Assembly (NCBI GenBank): GCA_964202965.1 | Contig: CAXNKG010000010.1 | Location: forward strand, 6,190-70,189 | Source: Vicinamibacterales bacterium | GTDB lineage: Bacteria; Acidobacteriota; Vicinamibacteria; Vicinamibacterales; UBA2999 | Direction of reading: 5' to 3' | DNA length: 64,000 nucleotides | In this document: positions 45,436-53,871 of the stretch, piece after piece | Layout: each line of letters opens with the position of its first letter | How positions within the stretch are numbered: position 1 is the first letter of the stretch | Translations under genes and position numbers: made by a program | Notes under the pieces: generated by a model | Told to the model about the DNA's origin: nothing | What the model saw: the letters and a program-made list of their open reading frames with translations, nothing else | Database searches by the model: none

Positions 45436-45895
45436 CGGCCGCGCGCGTCTCGCGATCGATGTCACGGCGGCGCAACGTTTCACGCTTGTCGTGGGCCTGC
45501 TTCCCCTTGGCGAGCGCCAGAAGCACCTTCACGCGGCCCTTCTTGAAGTGCATCTCGAGCGGCACAAGCGTCAGACCCTTTTCGACGGTGCGGCCGATCA
45601 GCTTCCGGATCTCGTGGCGATGCAGCAGGAGCTTGCGCTGCCGCATTTCGGCGTGCTCCGCGTACCCACGATGGCTGTAGGGGCTGATGTGCACGTTCAT
45701 GAGCCACACTTCCCCATCGCCGACCCGGGCATAGCTGTCCCGGAGATTCACGCGACCCTCGCGAATGGCCTTCACCTCCGTACCGAGCAGCGCCAGCCCC
45801 GCCTCCCACGTTTCGAGCACGTGGTAGTCATGGCGGGCCTTGCGGTTCTCGGCAATGAGGCGGTGCGCCTGCTCGCGCTCGCTCTTGTCGGCCAC
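45419..45895 (-). CDS. smpB: SsrA-binding protein
   Basis: 158 aa. IAENRKARHDYHVLETWEAGLALLGTEVKAIREGRVNLRDSYARV ... LVPLEMHFKKGRVKVLLALAKGKQAHDKRE. Confidence 0.9.
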   Translation of the reverse strand: MADKSEREQAHRLIAENRKARHDYHVLETWEAGLALLGTEVKAIREGRVNLRDSYARVGDGEVWLMNVHISPYSHRGYAEHAEMRQRKLLLHRHEIRKLIGRTVEKGLTLVPLEMHFKKGRVKVLLALAKGKQAHDKRETLRRRDIDRETRAAVKGRS

Positions 45896-45939
45896 GGTGG
45901 GATCGTACTATGTATGACTATCGGTACAATTGAGGCTTC

Positions 45940-46728
45940 ATGAGCATCGACTCGCCTGCCGGCGCCGCTGGTCCGTTGCGATACCCTGATTTCCTCATCA
46001 TTGGCGCGCCGAAGTGCGGGACGTCCTGGCTGCAGGGCGCGCTCGGCCAGCACCCGAACGTCATCGTCGTCCCGGACGAAATCGAGTACTTTTCCTCGAA
46101 CTTCAAGAAGCAGCCGCTCGAGTGGTACTCGAGCCTCTTCGAGGAACGGGTGCGCGAAGAGGCACCCCGGAAGGCGACGCCGTTCCTCGTCGGCGAGAAG
46201 AGCGCGCGCTACTGCTCGGTGCCCCAGGAACAGATCCGCGTCGTGCACAGGCTGTTGCCGGACGCCCGCCTGGTCCTGATGACGCGCGACCCGGTGGATC
46301 GCCACTGGGCGCACGCCAAGCAGTATTTCTCGAAGCCGCGCATCGCGGAGCGCGAGGGCGGCGACGTGCTGACGGTGCGGCGCGAGCGGCTGTTCGACTT
46401 CATGACGCGCAGCCGTTTTCTTGGCAACTTCGCGACGATGATCGGCAACTGGACCGCGGTCTACCCGCCCGGGCAGCTGCTCCTCGTCTCGCAGGAATTC
46501 GCCGCCGCCAATCCCCGCGAGGCCTACGACGCGGTGCTCACGTTCTTCGGCCTGCCCACCGACTATGACCCGGACCCCATCCGGCTGCTGCGCAAGAAGC
46601 GCAACAGCGGCCCCACGATCGAGATGCCCGCCGACGTCAGGGAGTTCCTGGAGTCGCTCTTCCCGGTGGAACGGCAGGAGCTTCGTGACTTGATGGCCGG
46701 CCAGGGCATCATCCAGGCGAGCCGATGA
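45940..46728 (+). CDS. sulfotransferase family protein
   Basis: 262 aa. PDFLIIGAPKCGTSWLQGAL is the PAPS 5'-phosphosulfate-binding loop. LVLMTRDPVDRHWAH resembles the 3'-phosphate-binding region. Confidence 0.8.
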   Translation: MSIDSPAGAAGPLRYPDFLIIGAPKCGTSWLQGALGQHPNVIVVPDEIEYFSSNFKKQPLEWYSSLFEERVREEAPRKATPFLVGEKSARYCSVPQEQIRVVHRLLPDARLVLMTRDPVDRHWAHAKQYFSKPRIAEREGGDVLTVRRERLFDFMTRSRFLGNFATMIGNWTAVYPPGQLLLVSQEFAAANPREAYDAVLTFFGLPTDYDPDPIRLLRKKRNSGPTIEMPADVREFLESLFPVERQELRDLMAGQGIIQASR

Positions 46729-46738
46729 CGGGGCGCCG

Positions 46739-48403
46739 GTGACATCCAGCGCCTCCGGGCTCGGGATTGCCCTGGCACAACTCAACCCCACCGTCGGCGA
46801 TGTGGCGGGCAACGCCGCCCTGATGCGCCGCGCGCGGGATGAGGCCGCCGCGCAAGGTGCGGATCTCGTCGTGTGCAGTGAACTGGCGCTGGTCGGCTAC
46901 CCCCCTGAAGATCTCGTCCTTCGCCCGGCATTTGTGGATGCGGCGGCGGCCGTCCTCGGCGAACTGGAACGGGAGAGCCGCTCGACGCCGATCGGACTGG
47001 TGGTCACGCTGCCGTGGCGACATGAGGGGCGCCTCCATAACGCCGCGGCGCTGGTCGCCGGCGGGCGCACGGAATTCCGATTCAAACACGAACTGCCGAA
47101 TTACGGCGTATTCGACGAGAAGCGCGTGTTCGCGCCAGGTCCGCTGCCGGACCCCGTCGATTTTCGCGGCGTGCGCATCGGCCTTCCCATCTGCGAGGAT
47201 GTCTGGTCCCCCGCGTGCGCGGCGCGACTGGCGAACGCCGGCGCGGAACTGCTGCTCGTCCCGAACGGTTCGCCGTTCGAAGTCGACAAGTTTCATCAGC
47301 GTCTCGACCTCGTGCGAAGCCGCGTGTCCGAGACCGGCCTTCCCATCGCCTACGTCAACCAGGCCGGGGGCCAGGATGAACTCGTCTTCGATGGCGGCTC
47401 CTTCGTCATCAATGCCGATCAATCGCTCGCCGTCATTCTCCCGTTCTGGCGCGAGTCGCTGACGTTGACGCGATGGACTCGGCAGAACGGCCGCTACACG
47501 TGTGACGGCCAGGCCTCCTGGAACGGCAGTGAGCGACCAGCTTCCGTCTACAACGCGATGCTGATCGGGCTTCGTGATTACGTCCGGAAGAACGGATTCC
47601 CTGGAATCGTGCTGGGCCTGTCGGGCGGCATCGACTCAGCGCTGACCGCCGTCGTGGCCGTTGATGCCCTCGGTCCCTCGCGCGTCCGGGGCGTGCGGCT
47701 CCCGTCGCGCTTCACGAGCGACGCGAGCATGACCGACGCAGAGGAGACGGCGTCGCTGCTCGGCATCCGGCTCGACACGCTCGCGATTGGCGCGCCCGTC
47801 GCCGCGGTCGAGGCCACGCTCGCTCCTGTCTTTACCGGACAGGCGCCCGGCGTCGCCGAGGAAAACGTTCAGGCGCGCATCCGCGGCGTGCTGCTGATGG
47901 CGCTGTCGAACAAGTTCAGCGAGCTGCTGGTGACGACGGGCAACAAATCGGAGATGTCGGTGGGCTATGCCACGCTCTACGGCGACATGTGCGGCGGCTA
48001 CTCGGTCCTGAAGGATATCTACAAGACCGAGGTGTACCGCCTGGCACGATGGCGCAACGAGCATCGTCCCGACGGCGCGCTCGGTCCCGGCGGACGTGTC
48101 GTTCCGGAATCGTCACTGACCAGGGCGCCGACCGCGGAGCTGCGACCCAACCAGACCGACCAGGACACGCTGCCGCCGTACGAAGACCTCGATGCCGTGC
48201 TCGAGGGGCTTGTTGAAGAGGAATTAAGCGTCGACGCGCTGGCCGCGCGCGGATTCGCCCGGGAGATGGTGGTGCGCGTGCAGCGATTGCTCTATTCGGC
48301 GGAATACAAGCGCCGCCAGGCGCCGCCGGGCGTCAAGATTACACGCCGCAGCTTCGGACGCGATCGGCGCTACCCGGTGACCAACGCCTTCCGCGAGCGC
48401 TGA
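46739..48403 (+). CDS. nadE: glutamine-dependent NAD+ synthetase
   Basis: 554 aa. N-terminal CN-hydrolase domain (IALAQLNPTVGDVAGNAA, ICEDVW) and C-terminal NAD synthase domain (VLGLSGGIDSAL, TGNKSEMSVGYATLYGDMCGGY). Confidence 0.9.
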   Translation: MTSSASGLGIALAQLNPTVGDVAGNAALMRRARDEAAAQGADLVVCSELALVGYPPEDLVLRPAFVDAAAAVLGELERESRSTPIGLVVTLPWRHEGRLHNAAALVAGGRTEFRFKHELPNYGVFDEKRVFAPGPLPDPVDFRGVRIGLPICEDVWSPACAARLANAGAELLLVPNGSPFEVDKFHQRLDLVRSRVSETGLPIAYVNQAGGQDELVFDGGSFVINADQSLAVILPFWRESLTLTRWTRQNGRYTCDGQASWNGSERPASVYNAMLIGLRDYVRKNGFPGIVLGLSGGIDSALTAVVAVDALGPSRVRGVRLPSRFTSDASMTDAEETASLLGIRLDTLAIGAPVAAVEATLAPVFTGQAPGVAEENVQARIRGVLLMALSNKFSELLVTTGNKSEMSVGYATLYGDMCGGYSVLKDIYKTEVYRLARWRNEHRPDGALGPGGRVVPESSLTRAPTAELRPNQTDQDTLPPYEDLDAVLEGLVEEELSVDALAARGFAREMVVRVQRLLYSAEYKRRQAPPGVKITRRSFGRDRRYPVTNAFRER

Positions 48404-48443
48404 GACCGCTGGGCCCGCGCCGTAGTGGCCTCCATCGCGACGG

Positions 48444-48983
48444 TCACGTCGCCGCGAAGTCAGCGAAGCTCTGATCGCGCGCGTTGACGGTCCGTTCCCC
48501 TCCTGGCGAGGGCCAGCGCACGCCGAACGCCGGGTCGTCCCATCGGACGCCTCGCTCGTGCGTGGGCATGTAGGCGCCCGACACCAGGTACATCACCTCC
48601 GTGTCATCCACGAGGGTCTGGTATCCGTGGGCGACGCCTTTCGGGGCGTAGAGCACGCGGTTGTTGTCCGGCGTCAGCTCGATGCCAAACCACTTTCTGT
48701 AGCTTGGCGACTCCGGCCGAAGATCCATGATGACGTCAAAGATCGCTCCCCGGATGCAGCGGACGATCTTGATCTGCTCGAACGGCGGGGCCTGATGGTG
48801 CATGCCTCGAATGGTTCCCGCGCGACGATTGAACGCGCTGTTGCACTGCGACAATTCAGTCACCAGTCCGAGGCGTTCGAAGCCGTGGGACGCCCACATG
48901 ATGGAGAAGTGCCCGCGTTCGTCATCGAACCAGGGCTGTTCGATTAGATAGGCACCTGAAATGTCTGTGTCGTGTAGGCGCAT
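48444..48983 (-). CDS. rmlC: dTDP-4-dehydrorhamnose 3,5-epimerase-like cupin
   Basis: Start taken as ATG 48983 (MRLHDTDISGAYLIEQPWFDDERGHF). GTIRGMHHQ, QIKIVRCIRGAIFDVIMDLR, VLYAPKGVAHGYQTL. The track start at 49034 would overlap the DCC gene. Confidence 0.8.
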   Translation of the reverse strand: MRLHDTDISGAYLIEQPWFDDERGHFSIMWASHGFERLGLVTELSQCNSAFNRRAGTIRGMHHQAPPFEQIKIVRCIRGAIFDVIMDLRPESPSYRKWFGIELTPDNNRVLYAPKGVAHGYQTLVDDTEVMYLVSGAYMPTHERGVRWDDPAFGVRWPSPGGERTVNARDQSFADFAAT

Positions 48984-49003
48984 CGATGGCGTGATGGAGA
49001 ATT

Positions 49004-49405
49004 CTACTGCGTGGCACATCGATCGTCGACGCACCGGCCTTCGCGGGACCTCGACCCGGCGATGCGCCGGTAGACAAGACGTCCGATCGCGCTCACGCCG
49101 GGAATCATCGTGAGCGGCAGGGCAATCCAGAACGCCGGCAGCGCCCGGGCCAGCTCGACGCAGCCGTCATAGCCTGACGTCAGGCGGCCTGACCGGCGAT
49201 TGCGCACGTGCATCGCCGCCAGCGCCTCCTCGCGTCGAAGTCCAGGCGCGACCGCTGCCCGGAGCGCATCGTTGTCCGCGTCGACGAAGTGCAGACGCTG
49301 CAGCCAGTCGAGACCATGCAGGATCCTCGCCGTGCGCCGGCAGAGGGGACAGGCGCCGTCGATCAGGACATCGAGCCACGGAAGCGGCCCGGGATTGTGC
49401 GTCAC
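49004..49405 (-). CDS. DCC-family thiol-disulfide oxidoreductase (DUF393)
   Basis: 133 aa. LIDGACPLCRRTARILHGLDWLQRLHFVD is the CxxC motif in the context typical of DCC1-like proteins. Confidence 0.75.
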   Translation of the reverse strand: MTHNPGPLPWLDVLIDGACPLCRRTARILHGLDWLQRLHFVDADNDALRAAVAPGLRREEALAAMHVRNRRSGRLTSGYDGCVELARALPAFWIALPLTMIPGVSAIGRLVYRRIAGSRSREGRCVDDRCATQ

Positions 49406-50322
49406 GGCTGTGCGTCCTGCCCTGCGGCCGCCAGCTGCGCCGCGAGCAGGATGGCGGAGACCATGCTCGACGGATCCGCGATGCCCTGTCCCGCGATATC
49501 GAACGCGGTCCCGTGGTCGACCGACGTACGAATGATCGGCAACCCGAGCGTCACGTTGACCGCTTCGCCGAACGCCAGCAGTTTCACCGGGATCAGGCCC
49601 TGGTCGTGATAGCAGGCGATGACGGCGTCGAATTCGCCCCTGACGGCGCGCACGAAGAGCGTATCGGCCGGAAACGGGCCGTCAATCTGAATGCCCTCAC
49701 CCCTGGCCACCGCCACCGCCGGCCGCAGGACGCGCTGCTCTTCCGATCCGAGCAGCCCTTCCTCGCCCGCATGGGGATTCAGGCCCGCGAGCGCCAGCCT
49801 CGGATGCGCGATGCCGAAGCGAGGCAGTTCCCGGGCGGTCAGGCGAATCGTGTCCAGGACCACGTCATGGGTCAGTACCGCCGGCACGTTCCCGAGCGGC
49901 ACGTGGACCGACGCCAGGACCACCTTGAGCGGCGGCGACCAGAACATCATCGCCACGAACGGACTGCCCGTGAGATGGGCGAGCAGGTCGGTGTGTCCCT
50001 TCCACGGGAGGCCGGCGCGCGAAAAGGCCAGCTTGTTCACCGGCGCGGTGGCCATCGCGTCCACGACGCCCGACTGGGCATCCTGCACGGCGCGGCAGAT
50101 GATGTCGTAGGCGGCACGCCCGGCGTCCCCTGACAGCACACCAGGCGCGTACGCCGAACCCGGCGGGGGACCGTAGATGCGCGGTTCGCACACCTGCAGC
50201 ACCCGCGGATCCCGCGCGGCCTTCCCGGCGATCTCGGGTCCGATGCCGGCCGGATCGCCGACGGTCAGAGCGACGCGCGGCTTCACGGCGGCCTTCACTG
50301 CGGCCTGCACTGCGGCCTGCAC
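49402..50322 (-). CDS. pdxA: 4-hydroxythreonine-4-phosphate dehydrogenase
   Basis: VALTVGDPAGIGPEI, AGLNPHAGE, CYHDQGLIPVKLL, IRTSVDHGTAFDIAGQGIADPSSM. The N-terminus lies in a 12 nt tandem repeat offering four in-frame GTG starts (50322, 50310, 50298, 50286). Confidence 0.9.
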   Translation of the reverse strand: MQAAVQAAVKAAVKPRVALTVGDPAGIGPEIAGKAARDPRVLQVCEPRIYGPPPGSAYAPGVLSGDAGRAAYDIICRAVQDAQSGVVDAMATAPVNKLAFSRAGLPWKGHTDLLAHLTGSPFVAMMFWSPPLKVVLASVHVPLGNVPAVLTHDVVLDTIRLTARELPRFGIAHPRLALAGLNPHAGEEGLLGSEEQRVLRPAVAVARGEGIQIDGPFPADTLFVRAVRGEFDAVIACYHDQGLIPVKLLAFGEAVNVTLGLPIIRTSVDHGTAFDIAGQGIADPSSMVSAILLAAQLAAAGQDAQP

Positions 50323-50328
50323 TGCGGC
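50281..50328. repeat. 12 nt tandem repeat x4 (CTKCACKGCGGC) at the holB/pdxA junction
   Basis: Units at 50281-92, 50293-304, 50305-16 and 50317-28 read directly. On the coding strand this gives (GTG-[CA]AG-GCC-GC[AC])n, that is AAVQ/AAVK repeats. Confidence 0.9.
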
Positions 50329-50329
50329 T

Positions 50330-51337
50330 TCACAACTGCAGGACGAGCCAGTCCGTCACGACCTTCGGATTCACGTTCTTCTCGAGCGACGCGATCGCCT
50401 CGTCAACCGTCGCAAACGCCCGGCGGCTCCGGCGGCCGTCATACGCCGCAGCCAGGCGCTGCAGATCGGCCTGCAGATCCGCATTCGCCAGCAGCCGCGG
50501 GTCGGCCCCTTCGGCAAGAATGCCCAGGTCCCTCAACAGCGACGCCATCGAACGCAGACAGACCGTCAGATACACCCGCTCCACCGCCACGGGATTCCTG
50601 GTGGGCACGAGGCCCTTGGCCGCCTCGAGCCGCCGCGACGGGTCGCCGACACGCGCCGCCAGCGCCAGCAGCTTCCCGGCGATCTCCCTCGCCTCGGCCA
50701 CATCCACGGAACCCGACTCGAGGGCCCGGCCGACGCTGCCGTCCGCATCCGCCGCTGCCGCGCGCGCCCTCGTCTCGTCGTACTCGTGGTCGCGCACCAG
50801 CACGCGCGCCACATCGTCTGGGGACAGCGCCGCGAACCGAATCACCGAGCAGCGCGATCGCACGGTCGGCAGCAGCGCGTCAGGCGCCGGCGAGACCAGC
50901 ATGAACACGGTCGCCGGCGGCGTCTCCTCGAGCGTCTTCAGCAGCGCATTCTGCGCGTCCGCGCCCATCGCGTCGGCGTCGTCCACGACGACGGCGCGCC
51001 GGCGCCCTTCAAACGGCCGGTAATTCGACCGATCGACGACGTCGCGGATCTGCTCGATCTTGATCGACCCGTTCTCGCCAGGCTCGACGACGATCACGTC
51101 GGGATGGACGCCGCGCGCGATGCGGAGGCAGGGGACGCACGCGCCGCACGCATCAGGCGCGTCGCCCGCCTTGCGAGCGAGGCAGTTCAGCGTCTGGGCG
51201 ACCGCCAGCGCCACCCGGCGCTTGCCGATTCCCCGCGGACCCGCGAAGAGCATGGCCGGCGGCAGCGTGTCGCGTGCGATGGCGCGCGCGAGGAGCGTGG
51301 TGACTCGCGCCTGACCGATGACGTCCGTGAACGGCAC
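50330..51337 (-). CDS. holB: DNA polymerase III subunit delta'
   Basis: 335 aa. VIGQARVTTLLARAIARDTLPPAMLFAGPRGIGKRRVALAVAQTLNC, CGACVPCLRI, VVVDDADAM, LLKTLEETP. Confidence 0.85.
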   Translation of the reverse strand: MPFTDVIGQARVTTLLARAIARDTLPPAMLFAGPRGIGKRRVALAVAQTLNCLARKAGDAPDACGACVPCLRIARGVHPDVIVVEPGENGSIKIEQIRDVVDRSNYRPFEGRRRAVVVDDADAMGADAQNALLKTLEETPPATVFMLVSPAPDALLPTVRSRCSVIRFAALSPDDVARVLVRDHEYDETRARAAAADADGSVGRALESGSVDVAEAREIAGKLLALAARVGDPSRRLEAAKGLVPTRNPVAVERVYLTVCLRSMASLLRDLGILAEGADPRLLANADLQADLQRLAAAYDGRRSRRAFATVDEAIASLEKNVNPKVVTDWLVLQL

Positions 51338-51340
51338 GCC

Positions 51341-53197
51341 TCAGAATACCTTGCGAACGATAAACGACTCGAGGACGAGCGCGTCCATCTCCGTCTTCAT
51401 GAAGCAGCGATAGGCGTCTTCCGGGGTGCACACAATCGGCTCGTCCTTGACGTTGAACGACGTATTCACGATGACCGGGCATCCGGTCAAGGCGTCGAAC
51501 GCCCGGATGATGTCGTAGTAGAGCGGATTGTCCTGGCGCCGCACCGTTTGAACCCGCGCCGAGTCATCGACGTGCGTGACCGCCGGAATCGTCGACCGCG
51601 GCACCTTCAGCTTGTCGATGCCGAACAACTGCTCCGTGCCGGATGGCACGGGAATACGCCGTGAGGCGGCCACGCCGGCAACGAGCAGCATGTACGGGCT
51701 TTCGTAATCGAGCTCGAACCAGTCGGCCACGCGCTCGCGCAGCACGGCCGGCGCAAACGGCCGGAACGACTCGCGGAACTTGATCTTGAGGTTCAGCACC
51801 GACTGCATGGCGGGCGATCGCGCGTCGCCGATGATCGACCGGCACCCGAGCGCCCTCGGGCCGAACTCCATGCGTCCCTGGAACAGGCCGACGACTTTGC
51901 CGGCAGCCAGCAGCGCGGCGACCTCGCCTGGCAGGTCGGCGCGCGGAACCCGTTCGGCGGCAATGCCCTGCGCGCTCAGCCAGGCGCCGATCTCGTCGTC
52001 TGAGTACCGCGGGCCGAGCAGCGCCCCTTGCATTTCGTCGGCATAGAGAGCCGGCTGCCCGCCCCGACCGGTGTCGGCGAGCCTGGGAAGCCGGCCTCCA
52101 CGGCCCCCGCCAGCCCACTCGCCGCGCTTCTCCGCGCTCGCCCGCGGCCGGCCCATGTGACGGTGCCACAGCGCGTACGCCACGCCAAGCGCGCCCCCCG
52201 CGTCGCCGGCGGCAGGCTGAATCCATATCTCCTCGAACGGTCCCTCGCGGAGCAGGCGCCCGTTGCCCACGCAGTTGAGCGCCACCCCGCCAGCCATGCA
52301 CAGGCGCTTCGACCCGGTCTCGCGGTGGGCGGTTCGCGCCATCCGCAGCATGATCTCTTCGACGACATCCTGCACCGAGCGCGCAAGGTCCATGTCGCGC
52401 TGGGTGACCGGCGCATCGACGTCACGCCGCGGTCCGCCGAATACCTTCTCGAACCCGCTCCCGGTCATCGTCAGGCCGTGCACGAACTCGAACATGTCGA
52501 GATGCAGCCGAATGCTGCCGTCGTCCAGGATCTCGACAATGTGGTCGCGAATCGCCGTGACGTAGGCAGGCTGGCCGTACGGCGCAAGGCCCATCACCTT
52601 GTATTCGCCTTCGTTGACCTTGAACCCCGTGAAGTAGGTGAACGCCGAGTAGAGCAGGCCCACCGAGTGCGGGAACCGCATCTCGCGCAGCATCGTGAGG
52701 TCGGCGCCGCGGCCGTGCCCGATCGACGAGGTCGTCCACTCGCCCACGCCATCGATCGTGAGCACCGCCGCCTCTTCGAACGGTGAGGGATAGAAGGCTG
52801 ATGCCGCGTGTGACTCGTGATGGTCGCCGAAGAGAATCGCCTTCGTCGTGCCGAGCTCGCTGGCGATCTCGTCGGCCATCCACAGCTTCCGGCCCAGCCA
52901 GAGCGGCATGGCCATCAGATACGAACGCAGGCCGCGGGGCGCCGACGCGAGGTAGCTTTCGAGCAGCCGTTCGAACTTGACCAGCGGCTTCTCGTAAAAG
53001 CCGATCGCGTCAATCTGGTCGATCGTGAGACCGGCTTCCCTCAGGCAATAGGCGACCGCGTGCGATGGAAAGCGCTCGTCGTGCTTGACGCGAGTGAAGC
53101 GCTCCTCCTGCGCCGCGGCCGCGATGCGGCCGTCCACGAGCAGGCAGGCGGCCGAGTCGTGGTAGTAGGCGGAGATGCCCAGAACGCTGACGGGCAT
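51341..53197 (-). CDS. carbamoyltransferase (NodU/CmcH/SxtI family)
   Basis: 618 aa. [76 protein letters not shown]. Confidence 0.9.
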   Translation of the reverse strand: MPVSVLGISAYYHDSAACLLVDGRIAAAAQEERFTRVKHDERFPSHAVAYCLREAGLTIDQIDAIGFYEKPLVKFERLLESYLASAPRGLRSYLMAMPLWLGRKLWMADEIASELGTTKAILFGDHHESHAASAFYPSPFEEAAVLTIDGVGEWTTSSIGHGRGADLTMLREMRFPHSVGLLYSAFTYFTGFKVNEGEYKVMGLAPYGQPAYVTAIRDHIVEILDDGSIRLHLDMFEFVHGLTMTGSGFEKVFGGPRRDVDAPVTQRDMDLARSVQDVVEEIMLRMARTAHRETGSKRLCMAGGVALNCVGNGRLLREGPFEEIWIQPAAGDAGGALGVAYALWHRHMGRPRASAEKRGEWAGGGRGGRLPRLADTGRGGQPALYADEMQGALLGPRYSDDEIGAWLSAQGIAAERVPRADLPGEVAALLAAGKVVGLFQGRMEFGPRALGCRSIIGDARSPAMQSVLNLKIKFRESFRPFAPAVLRERVADWFELDYESPYMLLVAGVAASRRIPVPSGTEQLFGIDKLKVPRSTIPAVTHVDDSARVQTVRRQDNPLYYDIIRAFDALTGCPVIVNTSFNVKDEPIVCTPEDAYRCFMKTEMDALVLESFIVRKVF

Positions 53198-53200
53198 CTA

Positions 53201-53235
53201 GGTCAAAGGGCAAAGGTCAAAGGGCAAAGGTCTAA
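53201..53235. repeat. 7 nt tandem repeat (GGTCAAA/GGGCAAA alternating, about 5 units; 14 nt super-period)
   Basis: Read directly. It fills the whole spacer between the small-gene stop (53232-53234) and the carbamoyltransferase ATG (53197). The minus strand reads TTTGACC/TTTGCCC. Confidence 0.9.
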
Positions 53236-53390
53236 AACAGCGTGTAGATGAACGGCGCGACGGCGCTGCTCTGTGCGAAGGCCAGCAGCAGCCCGAACAG
53301 CAGGAGCACGATGACGATCGGCGCCAGCCAGTACTTCTTCTCCTGCTTGAGGAATTCCCAGAACTCGCGGAGGACACGTGATTTGGCCAT
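53232..53390 (-). CDS. small membrane protein, DUF5989/SxtK-like
   Basis: Start is ATG 53390. 52 aa: MAKSRVLREFWEFLKQEKKYWLAPIVIVLLLFGLLLAFAQSSAVAPFIYTLF. This architecture and the position next to a carbamoyltransferase match DUF5989 as I recall it. The longer track ORF is an Arg-rich extension. Confidence 0.6.
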   Translation of the reverse strand: MAKSRVLREFWEFLKQEKKYWLAPIVIVLLLFGLLLAFAQSSAVAPFIYTLF

Positions 53391-53392
53391 CG

Positions 53393-53779
53393 TCAGAACA
53401 ACCGTTCGTAGTGCCGCGGATCGCGGATCCGCGCGGGATAAGCGCGCCAGTTCGTCGGCCCGCGCGCGCCGTGAAGAGGATTGCGGCCGAAGGCGCGCAT
53501 CACGACGCCGACCGGTGTCAGGACGACCGCGAAAAACACCCCGAGAATGATCCGCGAATTGATGAACCCGAGGACCTGCGCAATACGCCACCAGACCTTA
53601 TTGGGACCCCGCAGCAGCGACGGCGCCGCGACGCCGAAGCCCACCAGCACCGCGCCGATCGCCGCCAGGACCATCCACGTCGTCGCCGACCCTCGCCACC
53701 AGAGCCACGCGGCCAGCAGCAGGCACACCGTGCCGACGCTCAGTCCGAATGAACGTTCGGACGGGACTTTCCCTGTCAT
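53393..53779 (-). CDS. SxtJ-like membrane protein
   Basis: Start taken as ATG 53779 (MTGKVPSERSFGLSVGTVCLLLAAWLWWRG). Three hydrophobic helices. ...NSRIILGVFFAVVLTPVGVVMRAFGRNPL. The stop is 2 nt from the next start. Confidence 0.65.
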   Translation of the reverse strand: MTGKVPSERSFGLSVGTVCLLLAAWLWWRGSATTWMVLAAIGAVLVGFGVAAPSLLRGPNKVWWRIAQVLGFINSRIILGVFFAVVLTPVGVVMRAFGRNPLHGARGPTNWRAYPARIRDPRHYERLF

Positions 53780-53806
53780 CTGAGCCTTCAGTATACCGGT
53801 CGTCAG

Positions 53807-53848
53807 CCCGAAGCCCGAAGCCCGACGCCTGAAGCCTGAAGCCTGACA
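53807..53848. repeat. 7 nt tandem repeat x6 (CCCGAAG x2, CCCGACG, CCTGAAG x2, CCTGACA)
   Basis: Read directly in the divergent spacer between the sxtJ-like start (53779) and the pirin start (53872). Confidence 0.9.
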
Positions 53849-53871
53849 GAGCGGTATCATCAACACATCCC

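Noticed and set aside
45896-45939. tmRNA or another small RNA next to smpB
   Set aside because: The spacer is only 44 nt and is plausibly just a divergent promoter (TACAAT box). No tRNA-like acceptor/T-arm sequence was seen here or elsewhere in the window.
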